A stretch of 64,000 nucleotides of DNA from Azolla caroliniana (Eukaryota > Plantae > Polypodiophyta), in contig JBHGNT010000010.1 of NCBI GenBank assembly GCA_043228905.1, positions 7,254,001-7,318,000 of the forward strand, read 5' to 3'. A program made the position numbers and the translations under genes. The notes under the pieces are model-generated. The model made no database searches. It was given only the letters and a program-made list of their open reading frames with translations, and had not been told where the DNA came from. Of the stretch, positions 1 to 11,445 are shown piece by piece (positions within the stretch are counted from its first letter, which is position 1; the number at the start of each line of letters is the position of its first letter).

Positions 1-542
1 TCTCTTGGTAGTGCGGTTCTTGCATGGAGTAGCAAAAAGCAGCCAACAGTGGCTCTGTCGAGCACTGAGGCTGAATACTGGGGCGCTACCATTGCCACCT
101 ATGAAGCCATCTGGCTTCGACGACTGCTGCATGATCTTCAAATCGAGGTGCCAACCCCGATCCTGATCTATTGCAACAACATGAGCAGACCGTCAAGCAC
201 CTTTAGTGAGCACACCGGATACTCCGATATGTTAGCGGCACAAAGGAGCGGGGACTATTATACCAACACTGTATAACTAGGGAGGTAATCAGATATACCA
301 ATGCCGACTAGGCTGGTGATGCATCGGATCGCCGATCCACCTTCGGTTACATGTTTTCTCTTGGTAGTGTGGTTCTTGCGTGGAGTAGCAAAAAGCAGCC
401 AACAATGGCTCTGTCGAGCACTGAGGCTGAATACTGGGGCACTACCATTGTCACTTATGAAGCCATTTGGCTTTGGCGACTGCTGCATGATCTCCGGATC
501 GAAGTGCCGACCCAGATCCTGATATATTGAGACAACATGAGT
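1..542 (+). repeat. ~356-bp tandem duplication inside copia RT-end/RNase H
   Basis: 1-186 is near-identical to 357-542 (tctcttggtagtg...aacatgag). Confidence 0.85.
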
Positions 543-858
543 AGCATACAGCTCGCCAAGAACCCAGTGTTCCATGCTCGGGCAAAGCACATAGAAGTGC
601 ATTATCACTTTGTTTGTGAGCGGGTCCTGAGCGGTGAAGTTGAACTTCGGTATATTCACACGGATTGGCAAGTTGCCGACATCTTCACCAAGCCGCTCGG
701 ATCAGACATGTTGCAGCAATTTTTGGAGATGCTCGGCATTCAGCATCTCGATGTGCCACACTTGAGGGGGAGAACAAGAATGGGAACGTGTAAAGAAATG
801 AGGAGCAAGAGTGGTTGAGATGCAGCGGAAGGACTGTGTGTGCATGCGTACGTAAGGC

Positions 859-909
<51 letters not shown>

Positions 910-1787
910 AGACAGAGATAAAAGACTATATGTTACATTTTAACTAAAATACTTCCAACAGTAACTAAATTACAAGGGGTTGGTTTAAAAACTATTTACA
1001 AAACTAGCATGGTATGACCATAAGCTAGTGTGAAACCTATTACTATGGGAAGTTGAGTTCGACTCTCAACACGTCCCTTCAAACACAACTTCCATCTGTC
1101 GAAAAGTTGTTTCAGTTCGGTCTTCGAAATCCGGCTTCCGGCGTTCGTAATTCTAGAACTAGATTGTTCGGCTTTTCGGCTTCGTGCTCGGTTTGATTAA
1201 CTACGTGTTGCATACTCACGTATTGTTGCATGTTGTGTACTCGATCAATTGCATATAGTGCGCGTTTCGCTCACAATACTCCCCCTCAAGCTCGGCAATG
1301 TGGATGTCGTGAGACCAAGATCCGATGAGAATTGCCCGAACTTGTCGACCCCTAAGGCCTTTGTAAAAATATCAACAACCTAGAGGTGTGTACTGATATG
1401 TAATAGATCGATTTCTCCGGCCTGTATGCACTCGCGGATGAAGTGGTAATGCACTTCGATATGCTTAGTACGCGTGTGAAATACGAGATTTCGTGCCAAG
1501 TAGATGATGCTCGTGTTGTCGCAGTATAGGCGAATTGGATCTTTGATGGGTACGCCCAAATCCTTCAGAATAGGCTTGAGCCATACGGCTTCGCATACGG
1601 CGACAACCGGCTTCTGTGCTTGACAGTGCGATTGTCGGTTGCTTCTTACTACTCTAGGAGATCGCTCCGCTACCAAGGGAGAAGAAAAATCCGTATGTGG
1701 ATCGTCTATCCGCTTTGTATCTTGCCCAATCCACGTTTGTGTATCCTTCGAGTCGAATGGTCGTATTTGACTGATACATAATGCCGT

Positions 1788-2678
1788 TGTCGTGAAGGAT
1801 TTGCTTCACGATATAAAAATAAATTTAAATATTATATTTAGTAATATTACAAACACTTGAACCCACAACCTTATAAACCAAGCACAATGCATATACCACT
1901 AGGCTAGGCTATTTGTTTTTAAAAATGTTCTCAAGAATGTGCTTCACTATATAAGAGTAAACCTAAATATTGTATTAAGAAAAATTGAGGGACTTGAACC
2001 CTCAACCTTGTATACCAAGCACAAAGCATACACCACTAAGCTAGGTTACTTATTATAAAGTGTTATGTCCATCATTATAGTTATCCCATATATATTTTCA
2101 TACATGGGAGCTTAGATGAGCATGATGGCTATATGCATCACATGTAACGCATGTGCGCCAAATGGCGATCATGCATCACATGCATTTCATGCATCACATG
2201 CATTTCATGCATGCCATGCATGTTATGCACCCACACATTATCATTTGCATGAGAACAACTATATAAAGAGGAAGAAGGGAAAACAAGGTAATCAATCAAG
2301 AGAAAGTTAGAACATAATTAATGAAATAAACAAGTTAGCTTGTTGGTGAAGAGGCTCGTGTTTCCAAGTTCGAGTTAAGGGTTCAAATCAAGAGTCGGTA
2401 GAGAAAGGGTTCATCTTGTTATAAAGCATTGTAATGTTGGTAAAAACTTGTTCTCTTAATATAAATCGTGTTCATATCTTATACTCTTTCTTCTTAAATC
2501 ATACATTCTCTCTATCTTTTATCTATGCTCATCTCTCTCTCACACATTACTTTAAACTCTTATTCTTCTTATCCTTAATCTTCCTAACATTTTTGCGCAA
2601 AGCCTTATAAAAGTTTCATCAACTCCCTCTAACTTTAGTCCATGCGACTTTGCTGCAAGAACCACAACTACTCTGACA
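1788..2678. mobile_element. Solo LTR (probably Ty3/gypsy-type) inserted in copia B RT/RNase H junction
   Basis: Starts TGTCGTGAAG, ends CTGACA; 4-bp TSD CCGT (1784-1787, 2679-2682). Removing it restores the copia frame ...YVSTTMDYGIMYQ... The first 10 nt match the LTR at 9714. Confidence 0.85.
1853..2392. promoter_or_regulatory. Three tRNA-like Pol III A/B-box modules inside the solo LTR
   Basis: Minus strand: TAGCCTAGTGG...GGTTCAAGTG (1853-1911) and TAGCTTAGTGG...GGTTCAAGTCCC (1987-2048). Plus strand: TAGCTTGTTGG...GGTTCAAATC (2336-2389). Confidence 0.6.
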
Positions 2679-3952
2679 CCGTAATCCATCGTCGTACTAA
2701 CATACCAGAGTATCCTCTTAGCGCAATCGAGATGAAAGTTTCACAGATTCTGCGTGAATTGATTAAGTAGGCCAACCGAATAACTGGGGTTGGGTTGCGT
2801 AATGGTGAGATAGATTAAGTTGCCGATCCATTGACGGTACTGAGTTGACTCGCACTCGGCTATGCCGGAATCAGCATCAATCTTGAGATTACGATCAAGA
2901 GGTGTAGACATAGGTTTGCACTCGATCATTACGAACTTGTACAGAAGATTGAGAATGTAGTGTCGTTGAGAAATCATTATTTTGATTGGTGTCCGCATTA
3001 CTTCAATGCCAAGGAAGTAATGGAGCTCGTGCAGATCTTTCATTTCGAATCTGCTAGAAAGAAGTGATTTGACCTTGTTAATCTCGGCGAGATCCTTTCC
3101 TCTGATGACCAAATCATCCACGTAAAGGATGATGACAATCAGGCTATGCGACTCGTTTCGGATGTACAAAGAAGTATCAGATTTTGACATTCAAAATCTG
3201 ATCTGATGAAGATATTGCGTGATCTTCGAGTGCCACGCACGTGGTGCTTGTTTGAGGCCGTAGAGAGGCTTCTTGAGTTGGCACACGACATATGGATGAT
3301 TGGCGATTCAAAACCAGGTGGTTGGGGCATGTACACCTCCTCTTCCAATTCGTCTTGAAGAATGGCATTCTTGACGTCCATCTGGTGGAGGGGCCACCCT
3401 TTTGTTGCCGCAATTGCAATTACGGTCCGCACAGTTGTCATCATTGCCACCGGGGCAAAGGTCTCTTCGTAGTCTACGCCATGCATTTGTGCGTATCCTT
3501 TCGCAACGAGCCGTGCTTTAAAGCGATTTACGGATCTGTCAGCATTGTGTTTTACTTTGTAAATCCACCTGCAACGAATTGCTTACTTGTTTGGAGGGTG
3601 GGGAACGAGATCCCAAGTCTCATTTTTGCATAACGCTTCCATTTCCTCATTCATCACATCGACCCATCACGGATCCTTTACAGCTTCAGAAAGCGTCTCC
3701 AGCTCTTCTACTGACGTTACCTTCATCATGAACGCATAATGATACGCCATGTACTTGTCATAGCCGAAACGGCTTACGGGGTTCTTTCCACGGGTGGAAC
3801 GACGTAGCTCTGCATCCGTGGGGACTATCGCTTTCCTTGCTCCATTTCTGTGAGTGTCGAGACCTTCAAATTCCGTGTCGAGAGACTGAAGCACCTCAGT
3901 CTCTTCCTGATCTTCATATTCCCGCATTTTCGCCTTCCCTGTGTCCAGCTTC

Positions 3953-6478
3953 AGATAGATAGATAGATAGATAGATTATATTATCGTCTTTAGAGGTCAA
4001 ATATGACCTATGAGACCAAAAATATTACATTTCACGTGATACGTGTGAAGGTGAGTAGCAACTCTCGATGTTCAAGAACTTTACCAATGAATGTTGCAAT
4101 CGAGAGTGCGCATCATGGTTGTGAGAGAAATTCGTGCAAGGATTGGGCTCGATCAAAGAGATGTGGAAAGCATGGTCAAATATGATCAAAGGCAGAGCAT
4201 TGTATAAAAGTGTGATACTCAGACTCTCGAACTTGTTTAGGGCAAAGTGTGCATAGTCGACCACTCTCATCACTTGTGCCCCAACGCCCCGTCTCACATC
4301 TCAATGCGTGCGAACTAAGTCGCATGGAAGCAATGGTTCGAATGGCATATATCGGGATGGGCTCTAACATGTATCGATGTGTACGGCTTCCCCGTTCCTC
4401 AAAGAATATGGTTTTGTAGTTAGCTGCAATATTTGTAGTATAATGTGTGAAGTGTGAGCCACCACATTTGTCCCATGTCATGATACATTGGTGTTGCAAA
4501 AATGCCTCATTTACAGAGGAATCTAGTGACGCATCATGAAGCAAGTGTCTTGCATCCCATCTACCAAACCATTTTTCTAAATCTTGCATCCAACCAGAAC
4601 ACACAATTTTGCTTTTATGTGTCTTTTGGATCTTTTTGCTTGCTTCCCATGCAATTCTAGGAAGTCGATGTGAGGGGCTTTTTTGAACCTTAAGCATGTA
4701 TTCAACAATCCTTTCCATGGCCATGATCTCAATGGGAAGCAATCCCAGCTCAAGGAGGAGGGTGTAGGGCGTTTGTTTCTTAACTTGTAGAAACTTTGTA
4801 AGAAAATGTTTTTGGACATTTTCAAACTCTTTCCACCTAGATTTAGGGATGCTACTGTCCCATATTTCCACCCCATAGAGAAGAACCGGGGTCACCAAAG
4901 TGTCAAAAAGATATTTCTTGAGGACCCAACACTTAATATCTCCAAGATTGCATGTGTTCTCAAACGCATAATATGCTCGCTTACCCGCCTATAAGCGGCG
5001 TGTAGCACATTCATTCCATTTATGATTTGAAAGAACTTCAAGGCCAAGATATTTGAAACTTTCCACACATTCAATGGCTCACTGTTGTACATAATGCATG
5101 GTTTATCTCTTGTTTGACTCTTCACAAGCATAATCTTTGTTTTAGAGCTATTGACACTTAATCTAGTATGCATGCAAATTTTTTCCAATGCCTTCATAAG
5201 CTTTTGTGCATCTCCTGAAGTATTTGCAAAAAGCACTACATCATTTGCATATAACAAAAGCATAATCACAACATTCCCAATGGCAACTTCTTCAACACAT
5301 TCTTCCTTTACAAACTTGGTAATCATTTCTTCTAATTCATCAATGCATAGACCAAATAATGTTGGTGAGACTATTTGTATACTGCCTCCGGGCTTTTTAT
5401 TAATACCAATGGAGCATATGTTTTATGGTAAAAAAAAAAATGTTGGTGAGAGTGAGCATCCTTGCTTAACACCAATAGTGCTATTGAAAAAATCTGAAAG
5501 TCTATCTCTCATATGCACACAACATATAACCTTCTCATATATTCGGGAAATTGCAAGCATATATTCACTTGGCACCTCAAGTTCTTCCATCCGCCTCCAA
5601 TGATGCTCACGAGGTACCATATCAAAAGCTTTCTTGAAGTCTACAAAGCAACAATATAAACCTTTACCTCTAAGGCGAATTTACTCCATTAATACTCGAA
5701 GAGTGACAAGATGATCAATGGTGCTATGGTGTTTTCGAAAACCAGCTTGTCCATAAGCTCTCTTACCATTTTTTTCTGCCCATACACTTATCTTTGATTC
5801 CATTATACATCCAAATAGTTTTGCCATTAATGAGCCAACCATGATGGTTTGATAATTGTTTACATTATTTACATCTCCGCCTTTATGTAAAGGTTTGATC
5901 CAATTTGTAGTCCAATCATATGGCATACCATGTTGCAATGCATCATTAAACATATCGCATATCCATATATGTGCTTCCTTTCCCGTCCGTTTGAGCATTT
6001 CAGCTTTTATACATTGAAGATCGCTTGCCTTTCGAGAGGCCAATTTCTTAAGTCCTATGCATATATCTTCAATTGTAAAGAAGGGAGACATATGTGAAAG
6101 AGAACCATAACACATCGTCTTTCCGGCAAGAGATAACTCATAAAAATTCTTACAATGCATAGACAAGTAATGAAGAGTTAAGTCACCATAACTCTCAACA
6201 CATTTCCCCTTTAAATTTCCCCAAAATTTAGCACATGCATGTGCTTTCTCTTGTGTTTGGAGAAGTTGTTGAGTAACTTCCCATATTCGTCTCTTTCTTT
6301 GAATAAGCCTTTTATAGTCATGCAAATGCTTTTGGTAATTTTCTTTATCCTTAACTACATCCAAAACCATAAGGCACTTTCGAGCTTCATGGCATTTTTA
6401 TCAAACCATTTTTTTTTACATTTCTTGGTGCATTTCCATGATGTGCGGTTGGTCGAAAAACATTTCTTTGTACAAGAG
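3953..6478 (-). mobile_element. 5'-truncated RTE/L2-like non-LTR retrotransposon, degenerate, inserted in copia B
   Basis: RT fragments (PLHKGGDVNNVNNY, QAGFRKHHSTIDH, GVKQGCSLSP, LLYANDVVL); C-terminal CCHC (RLCTLC...ESEYHTFIQC); (ATCT)n tail at 3953-3976. No clear TSD. Confidence 0.88.
5371..5438 (+). mobile_element. 68-bp poly(A)-tailed retroposed fragment
   Basis: A-run at 5430-5440; 13-bp TSD AATGTTGGTGAGA (5358-5370, 5439-5451); interrupts the LINE RT. Confidence 0.85.
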
Positions 6479-9012
6479 AGAGATGTGCTTTGATCGCTTG
6501 GTGGCTCTGATGGCCCACTCAACCGTGTCGAAATTGGGTTGTCTTCGAACATTTGCGTGAGCCGATCCTCAACTTCTATTTCTATTTCGGCGTCATCCGC
6601 GTTGAGCGGAGTTGGAGTCGAAGTATTCTCTGGTGCGTACCAGGATGCGTATTCGTCGAAGACTACGTCTCGACTTGTTTGAACTTTTTGGGTAGATGGG
6701 TTGTAGCATTTGTACCCCTTTTGTTCGAGTGAATATCTTACGAGGATACATTTCTCCGACTTCAGGTCGAGCTTTTGTCGTGTATCGTTGGGAATATGCA
6801 CGTAAGCGATTGCGCCAAAAATGCGGACATGTGATAAGTTTGGCTTCTTTCCAAAGAACTTATCATGAGGAGTTACGTCATGTACTCCTGAGGTTGTGCA
6901 ACGATTTGTGAGGTATACAACTGTGTTCGCATGAGAATTCTCATGAGCTGTGTGACTGCATGAGAATTCTCATCGGATTCCTTCCTTTCGGAGATACGTC
7001 GTAAACTCATCCGAAAAGTATGCTTTGCCTCGGACATCCAATCAAAGGCAGCATGCATGCCGATCCGTAGCTTTTTCAACTTCGGCTTTAAATCTCTGGA
7101 AGTATCCGAACGCTTTGCTCTTTTGTTTCATCGGGTAGATCCAGGTGTTCTTGGAGAAGTCGTCGATGAACGTAACGTAATATCGGCATCCGCCAAGTGT
7201 GCTTGTCTGGGCCGGTCGCCATACATCTGAATGTACGACATCTAGAATCCCTTTGCTCACATTCCACATTTTTGGGAATGGATGTCGGTGTTGCTTTACG
7301 AACTGGCACACTTCGCATACGCCCGTAATCTCCTTCACAGTAAAGTTCAGGAGTTCGATTACAACTCCTTTCGATTCCATGTTCTGAAGTTTTTGGAGAT
7401 TGATGTGGCCGATTCTTTTGTGCCACAAATTTAAGTCCGTTTCAACTTTGAGGCCCTTTGCGAACATGGCTGACTTTACCTCGTTCGATTCAAGGATAAA
7501 CAAACGGCATTCTCGTCGACCATGAACTACGACTTGACTGCCCCTTTCGATGAAGCACTCGTTGTTGTTTAATCGTACTTGCATTCCTTGTTCGATAATT
7601 TGGCCAACTAAGACTAGTTTTTTTGTGATGGTGGGGACATGTAGTACATTCGTGAGGTAGGTTTGTTTTCCATCGTTTCCGAATGGGATGTTCCCCATAT
7701 GTTATATTGGATGAGTCGTGTCATCTCCTGTTTCAACATATCCGGGACGTTCGGGCTTCCGTAGTTCCCGAAACCAATCTTCATGAGACATCATGTGATT
7801 GGATGCTCCCGAATCGACAAACCATTCGTTATTTGAGTTAGAGGCACTAGTTGAATCTTGTGTTGACATCGAGTGTGCTTCGTGTCTCAATACGAACATT
7901 CCGCTACGATCGTCGTAGTCGGAATTCGTAGCGTAATTTGTAAACATTCCACTACAATTGTCGTAGTCAAAATTTGATGCGTAGTTCGTGAGTTGTCGGC
8001 TAATTGAAGCCGAGTCTCGTACCTTTTCTTAGCACTCCTCTTCATAGTGGTCATGTTTTCCACAGTACCTGCATTCGATCGGGTTGTTACAATTGCTCAG
8101 TCCAGCATGATGACACCCCCTTCTGCCGAACTCTCTGGGGCCATTCCTGTCCGCTTGCCATTGGTGGGGGTTATGCTCTTGAGTTTGCCGACCATTACGG
8201 CCTTGTTCAAATCGACCTCTATTTCCACGGCCGAAATTTCTTCTATCATCCGATTGGGAGTAGAGCATATGACCCTTCAGTGCGTTGCTCCTTTGCCGGG
8301 CGTGATTTTCCTCAACCAATAATATTGATTGGAGATCGAAAAATGGAGGGTTCTCCCTTGCAAGGATGACCGATCAAATCATGCCAAATTGGGGTGCTAA
8401 GCCACCGAGGCATATTTGCACCATCTCGTCATCGTCGATTACGACATTAATCGAACCAAGGGCATCACACAGCTCCTTGATCTTTAAGGTATAGCCTATG
8501 ATCAATATGTCCCTCTGATGCATGTTGTTTAGCTCCTGTCGAAGTTGAAGCTTTTGCGTAGCCGTGTTGGCCGCAAAAATCTTCTTGAGATTTCCCCAAG
8601 CTTCTTTTGGGGTTTTCGAATCTCGAATATAACCAAGTATATGATCATGAACACATGATGCAAGGCAATACAACACACAGCTTGCGGCCTGCTCCCAAGT
8701 AGGATAGTCATCGTGTGTTGGGTTGGGTTGAGTTTCATGAGCTCCTTCAATGTAGCTCCAATAACCTTGTCCAACAAGGTATTGATGCATCTTGTATTCC
8801 CAAGATGCAAAATTCGTTTTGTCAAGCTTCCCAGAAGGAAGATCACTTCCCATCTAAGTGTTCATTACGTCGATCCTTCTCATTGATGAACCGGTTCTGT
8901 TGATCATCAGCGTGTAGCACAACACAGTTAAATAGATTCGATTAAGCAACCACATGCTCCGGTACCATGTATAGAAATGAGGAGTAAGAGTGGTTGAGAT
9001 GCAGCGGAAGGA

Positions 9013-9051
<39 letters not shown>

Positions 9052-9057
9052 TAAGGC

Positions 9058-9102
<45 letters not shown>

Positions 9103-10870
9103 AAAGATAGAGATAAAATATTGTATGTTACATTAACTAAAATACTTCCAACAGTAACTAAGTTACAAGGGGTTGGTTTAAATACCAACTAAACTAGGGA
9201 AAGTGCCATTTCTACTATTTACAAAACTAGCCTGGTATGACCATAAGCTAGTGTGAAACCTATTACTATGGGAAGTTGAGTTCGACTCTCACCAGAACGG
9301 ATGGCACTAGACAAGGAGCCGGAGAGGAAGAAAGAACCAAGGGTGAAGATGAGCAGATAAAGGAAGCCAAGCCGACCGAAGGAGTCGGCACATCCGAACA
9401 AGTCGGAGTAAGTGGCAGTGGCGGCAAAGTCAAGAAGGACAGAACGGACAAGAAGAAGGCCAAGACCCAGACGTGGTCCGATGTGCTGAAGGGCCTAAAA
9501 ATGGAAGACGCGTTGGAGACTACCAACTCAGACAAGAGCTGGAATGAATCGGAGGAAGCCGATTTGGTTCAACGGTTGGATTCGAAAGAGCCAAATCAAC
9601 TACAGGCCAAGTAGACGAGAAGGCAACAAAAGTCGACACCATCACGGATGAACCGAAAGGAGCTGACATGGGTCGGTTGAGCAGACAAGCCGACCAAGGA
9701 GGTCGAGGTGCGTTGTCGTGAAGATTATGGGCCATAGTGAGAAACCAGGGAATATCAGAGGAATCCGCAAGGTGCGCCATGTGCACCCACTCTTATAAAA
9801 CTTGTATAGGGTAATGGGCGCCTTTATGACGCCGAGCGGCAATAAAGTCAGGACGGACAATCCCATGTATCACGGGATTTAACCCACATAGTCACGCAAC
9901 CCTCACCTTGTCCTATAAAAGGGAGGGCGCGCTTCTTGTACAAAGGTTCCCACCCGTTGGGTCCCAAACAGTTTTGTTCCTCGTTTTGAGGTTCCGTTTA
10001 GTGTCAATAAACTTCTACGTATAACGTCTATTTTTGTCTTCTCTTCATCTTGATGTGTGGGTACGTTGTCTCTGTTTTCTATTAGGGTTTCGGTGTCTTC
10101 TGTGTGCGTGCGTAGGTGGTGTGTTCGGTTGTGGCAGGCGACATGCGGACTGTCTGTGCTTTCCTGTGTTCCTGCTGGTTGGTTCTCAGTACTCCACGGT
10201 CCGGCCCGTCTGTGTGTGTGTGGTTGTTGGTTTCTATCGCCTATGAAGAGCCCGCGCGGTAGGTGGTTCATTGGCAAGTTTCCCTCCTCGGCGCGCACGA
10301 CCCAACTCGGTTCAACGAGCCCATGCGCTCCCTGAAGGCGGCTTGGCACAGGAGGCGGTCGTTCTGGAAGAGGCATGCCCTCCACGAGGGTCCTGTCGCG
10401 CGACAAGCCTGGGAGTTCCCCGACCGGCCCTAGGATGCAAGCTCCCTCTTCCTCTCCGTGTGAAATTGGGGTTGCAGCGAGCGTTGCGTGTGTAGGTGTG
10501 TGTGTGTGTCTCCAATTACCATGGGGTCCGGGAGCGGGTGCGTGTGTGGTCGCTAGTGTAGAGGTGCCGACTGTAACCGGGTGTGTATATGTGTGTGTGC
10601 GTGTGTGCGGGCGCGGTTAACCGAGCTGTGTCCAGTGCCTCTCTTGGGCCCCTTGTACATACCGGTGAAAGGGGCGGCAAGGATGAGAGTGCACCCTCTT
10701 GCTTCCTATGCGGTTACCTGTCGCATCTGGAGAATATCCGGGATCGAACTAGCCGGCAACGCGGCAACGCCTAGAGGATTCGAGTCCCCGGAAAATCCTC
10801 CCCTCCTGGTCCATGACCCTGGTGGTCCTGCCCGGATTTGACCTCCAAGCGCGGATAGCCATGACATCTT

Positions 10871-10888
10871 TGGTGAACCCGACGTGAA
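10871..10888 (+). promoter_or_regulatory. Primer-binding site complementary to tRNA-Trp 3' end
   Basis: TGGTGAACCCGACGTGAA is the reverse complement of TTCACGTCGGGTTCACCA, the 3' end of plant cytosolic tRNA-Trp as recalled; it starts 4 nt after the LTR end. Confidence 0.85.
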
Positions 10889-11445
10889 GGGCGGCAAGGG
10901 AGGATGGAGTTCAAGGCTGAAGACTTCGAGAAGGAGAGTTGGAAGCGACGCATCGAGATGGGCAAGGTCGAAGAAGTCGACTGTTACAACGGGGACGGAG
11001 TCCCACGAGTTTCACCAAAGGCCCGACCGTCCAGCATAAAGAGGAAGAGCTCCGAGAAGCTCTCAGAGCATGGTCACCCAGAAGCGAAACGAAGGTGGTG
11101 TGCGAAGGCAAGACATCACAGCGGGAAGGGGGCGAGCGGACAACACGGACATGGTCTAGCCGGAGGCCAAGCGGGGCACGATGGTGCCGGTACGAGAGAG
11201 GGTGCGGGACGAGCCGCCCTCTTTTACATGGGGAGAAAGACCGATCGGGCGAAGGTCGGGAATTAGGAAGAAGATGATCGAGGGTACGGAACGAGTCTGG
11301 CAGGATCGGCATCAGAGCCAAAACTCCGGACATTGGAGAGTGAAGCCCAGACGGGGCTTGATCGATCATAGAGCGGATGTTATCCGCCGACACCACTAAA
11401 AGGGTCGGTGGCCTGGGACAAGCCGTCGGGAGTCCTTACGAAGTC

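Larger units (their letters stand above)
789..9294 (-). mobile_element. Ty1/copia element B, full-length but degenerate, with nested insertions
   Basis: LTRs at 789-1071 and 8968-9294; 5-bp TSD GAACG (784-788, 9295-9299); PBS-like TGGTACCGGAGC (8956-8967, minus). Coding fragments: gag 8374-8853, CCHC knuckle CRYCGKHDHYEEEC, protease WFVDSGASNHM, integrase 7042-7698, RT (QMDVKNA, LYVDDL) 2741-3660, RNase H 1380-1676. Confidence 0.93.

Noticed and set aside
1853-2392. Functional tRNA genes
   Set aside because: A/B boxes are present but no convincing acceptor or anticodon stems were seen
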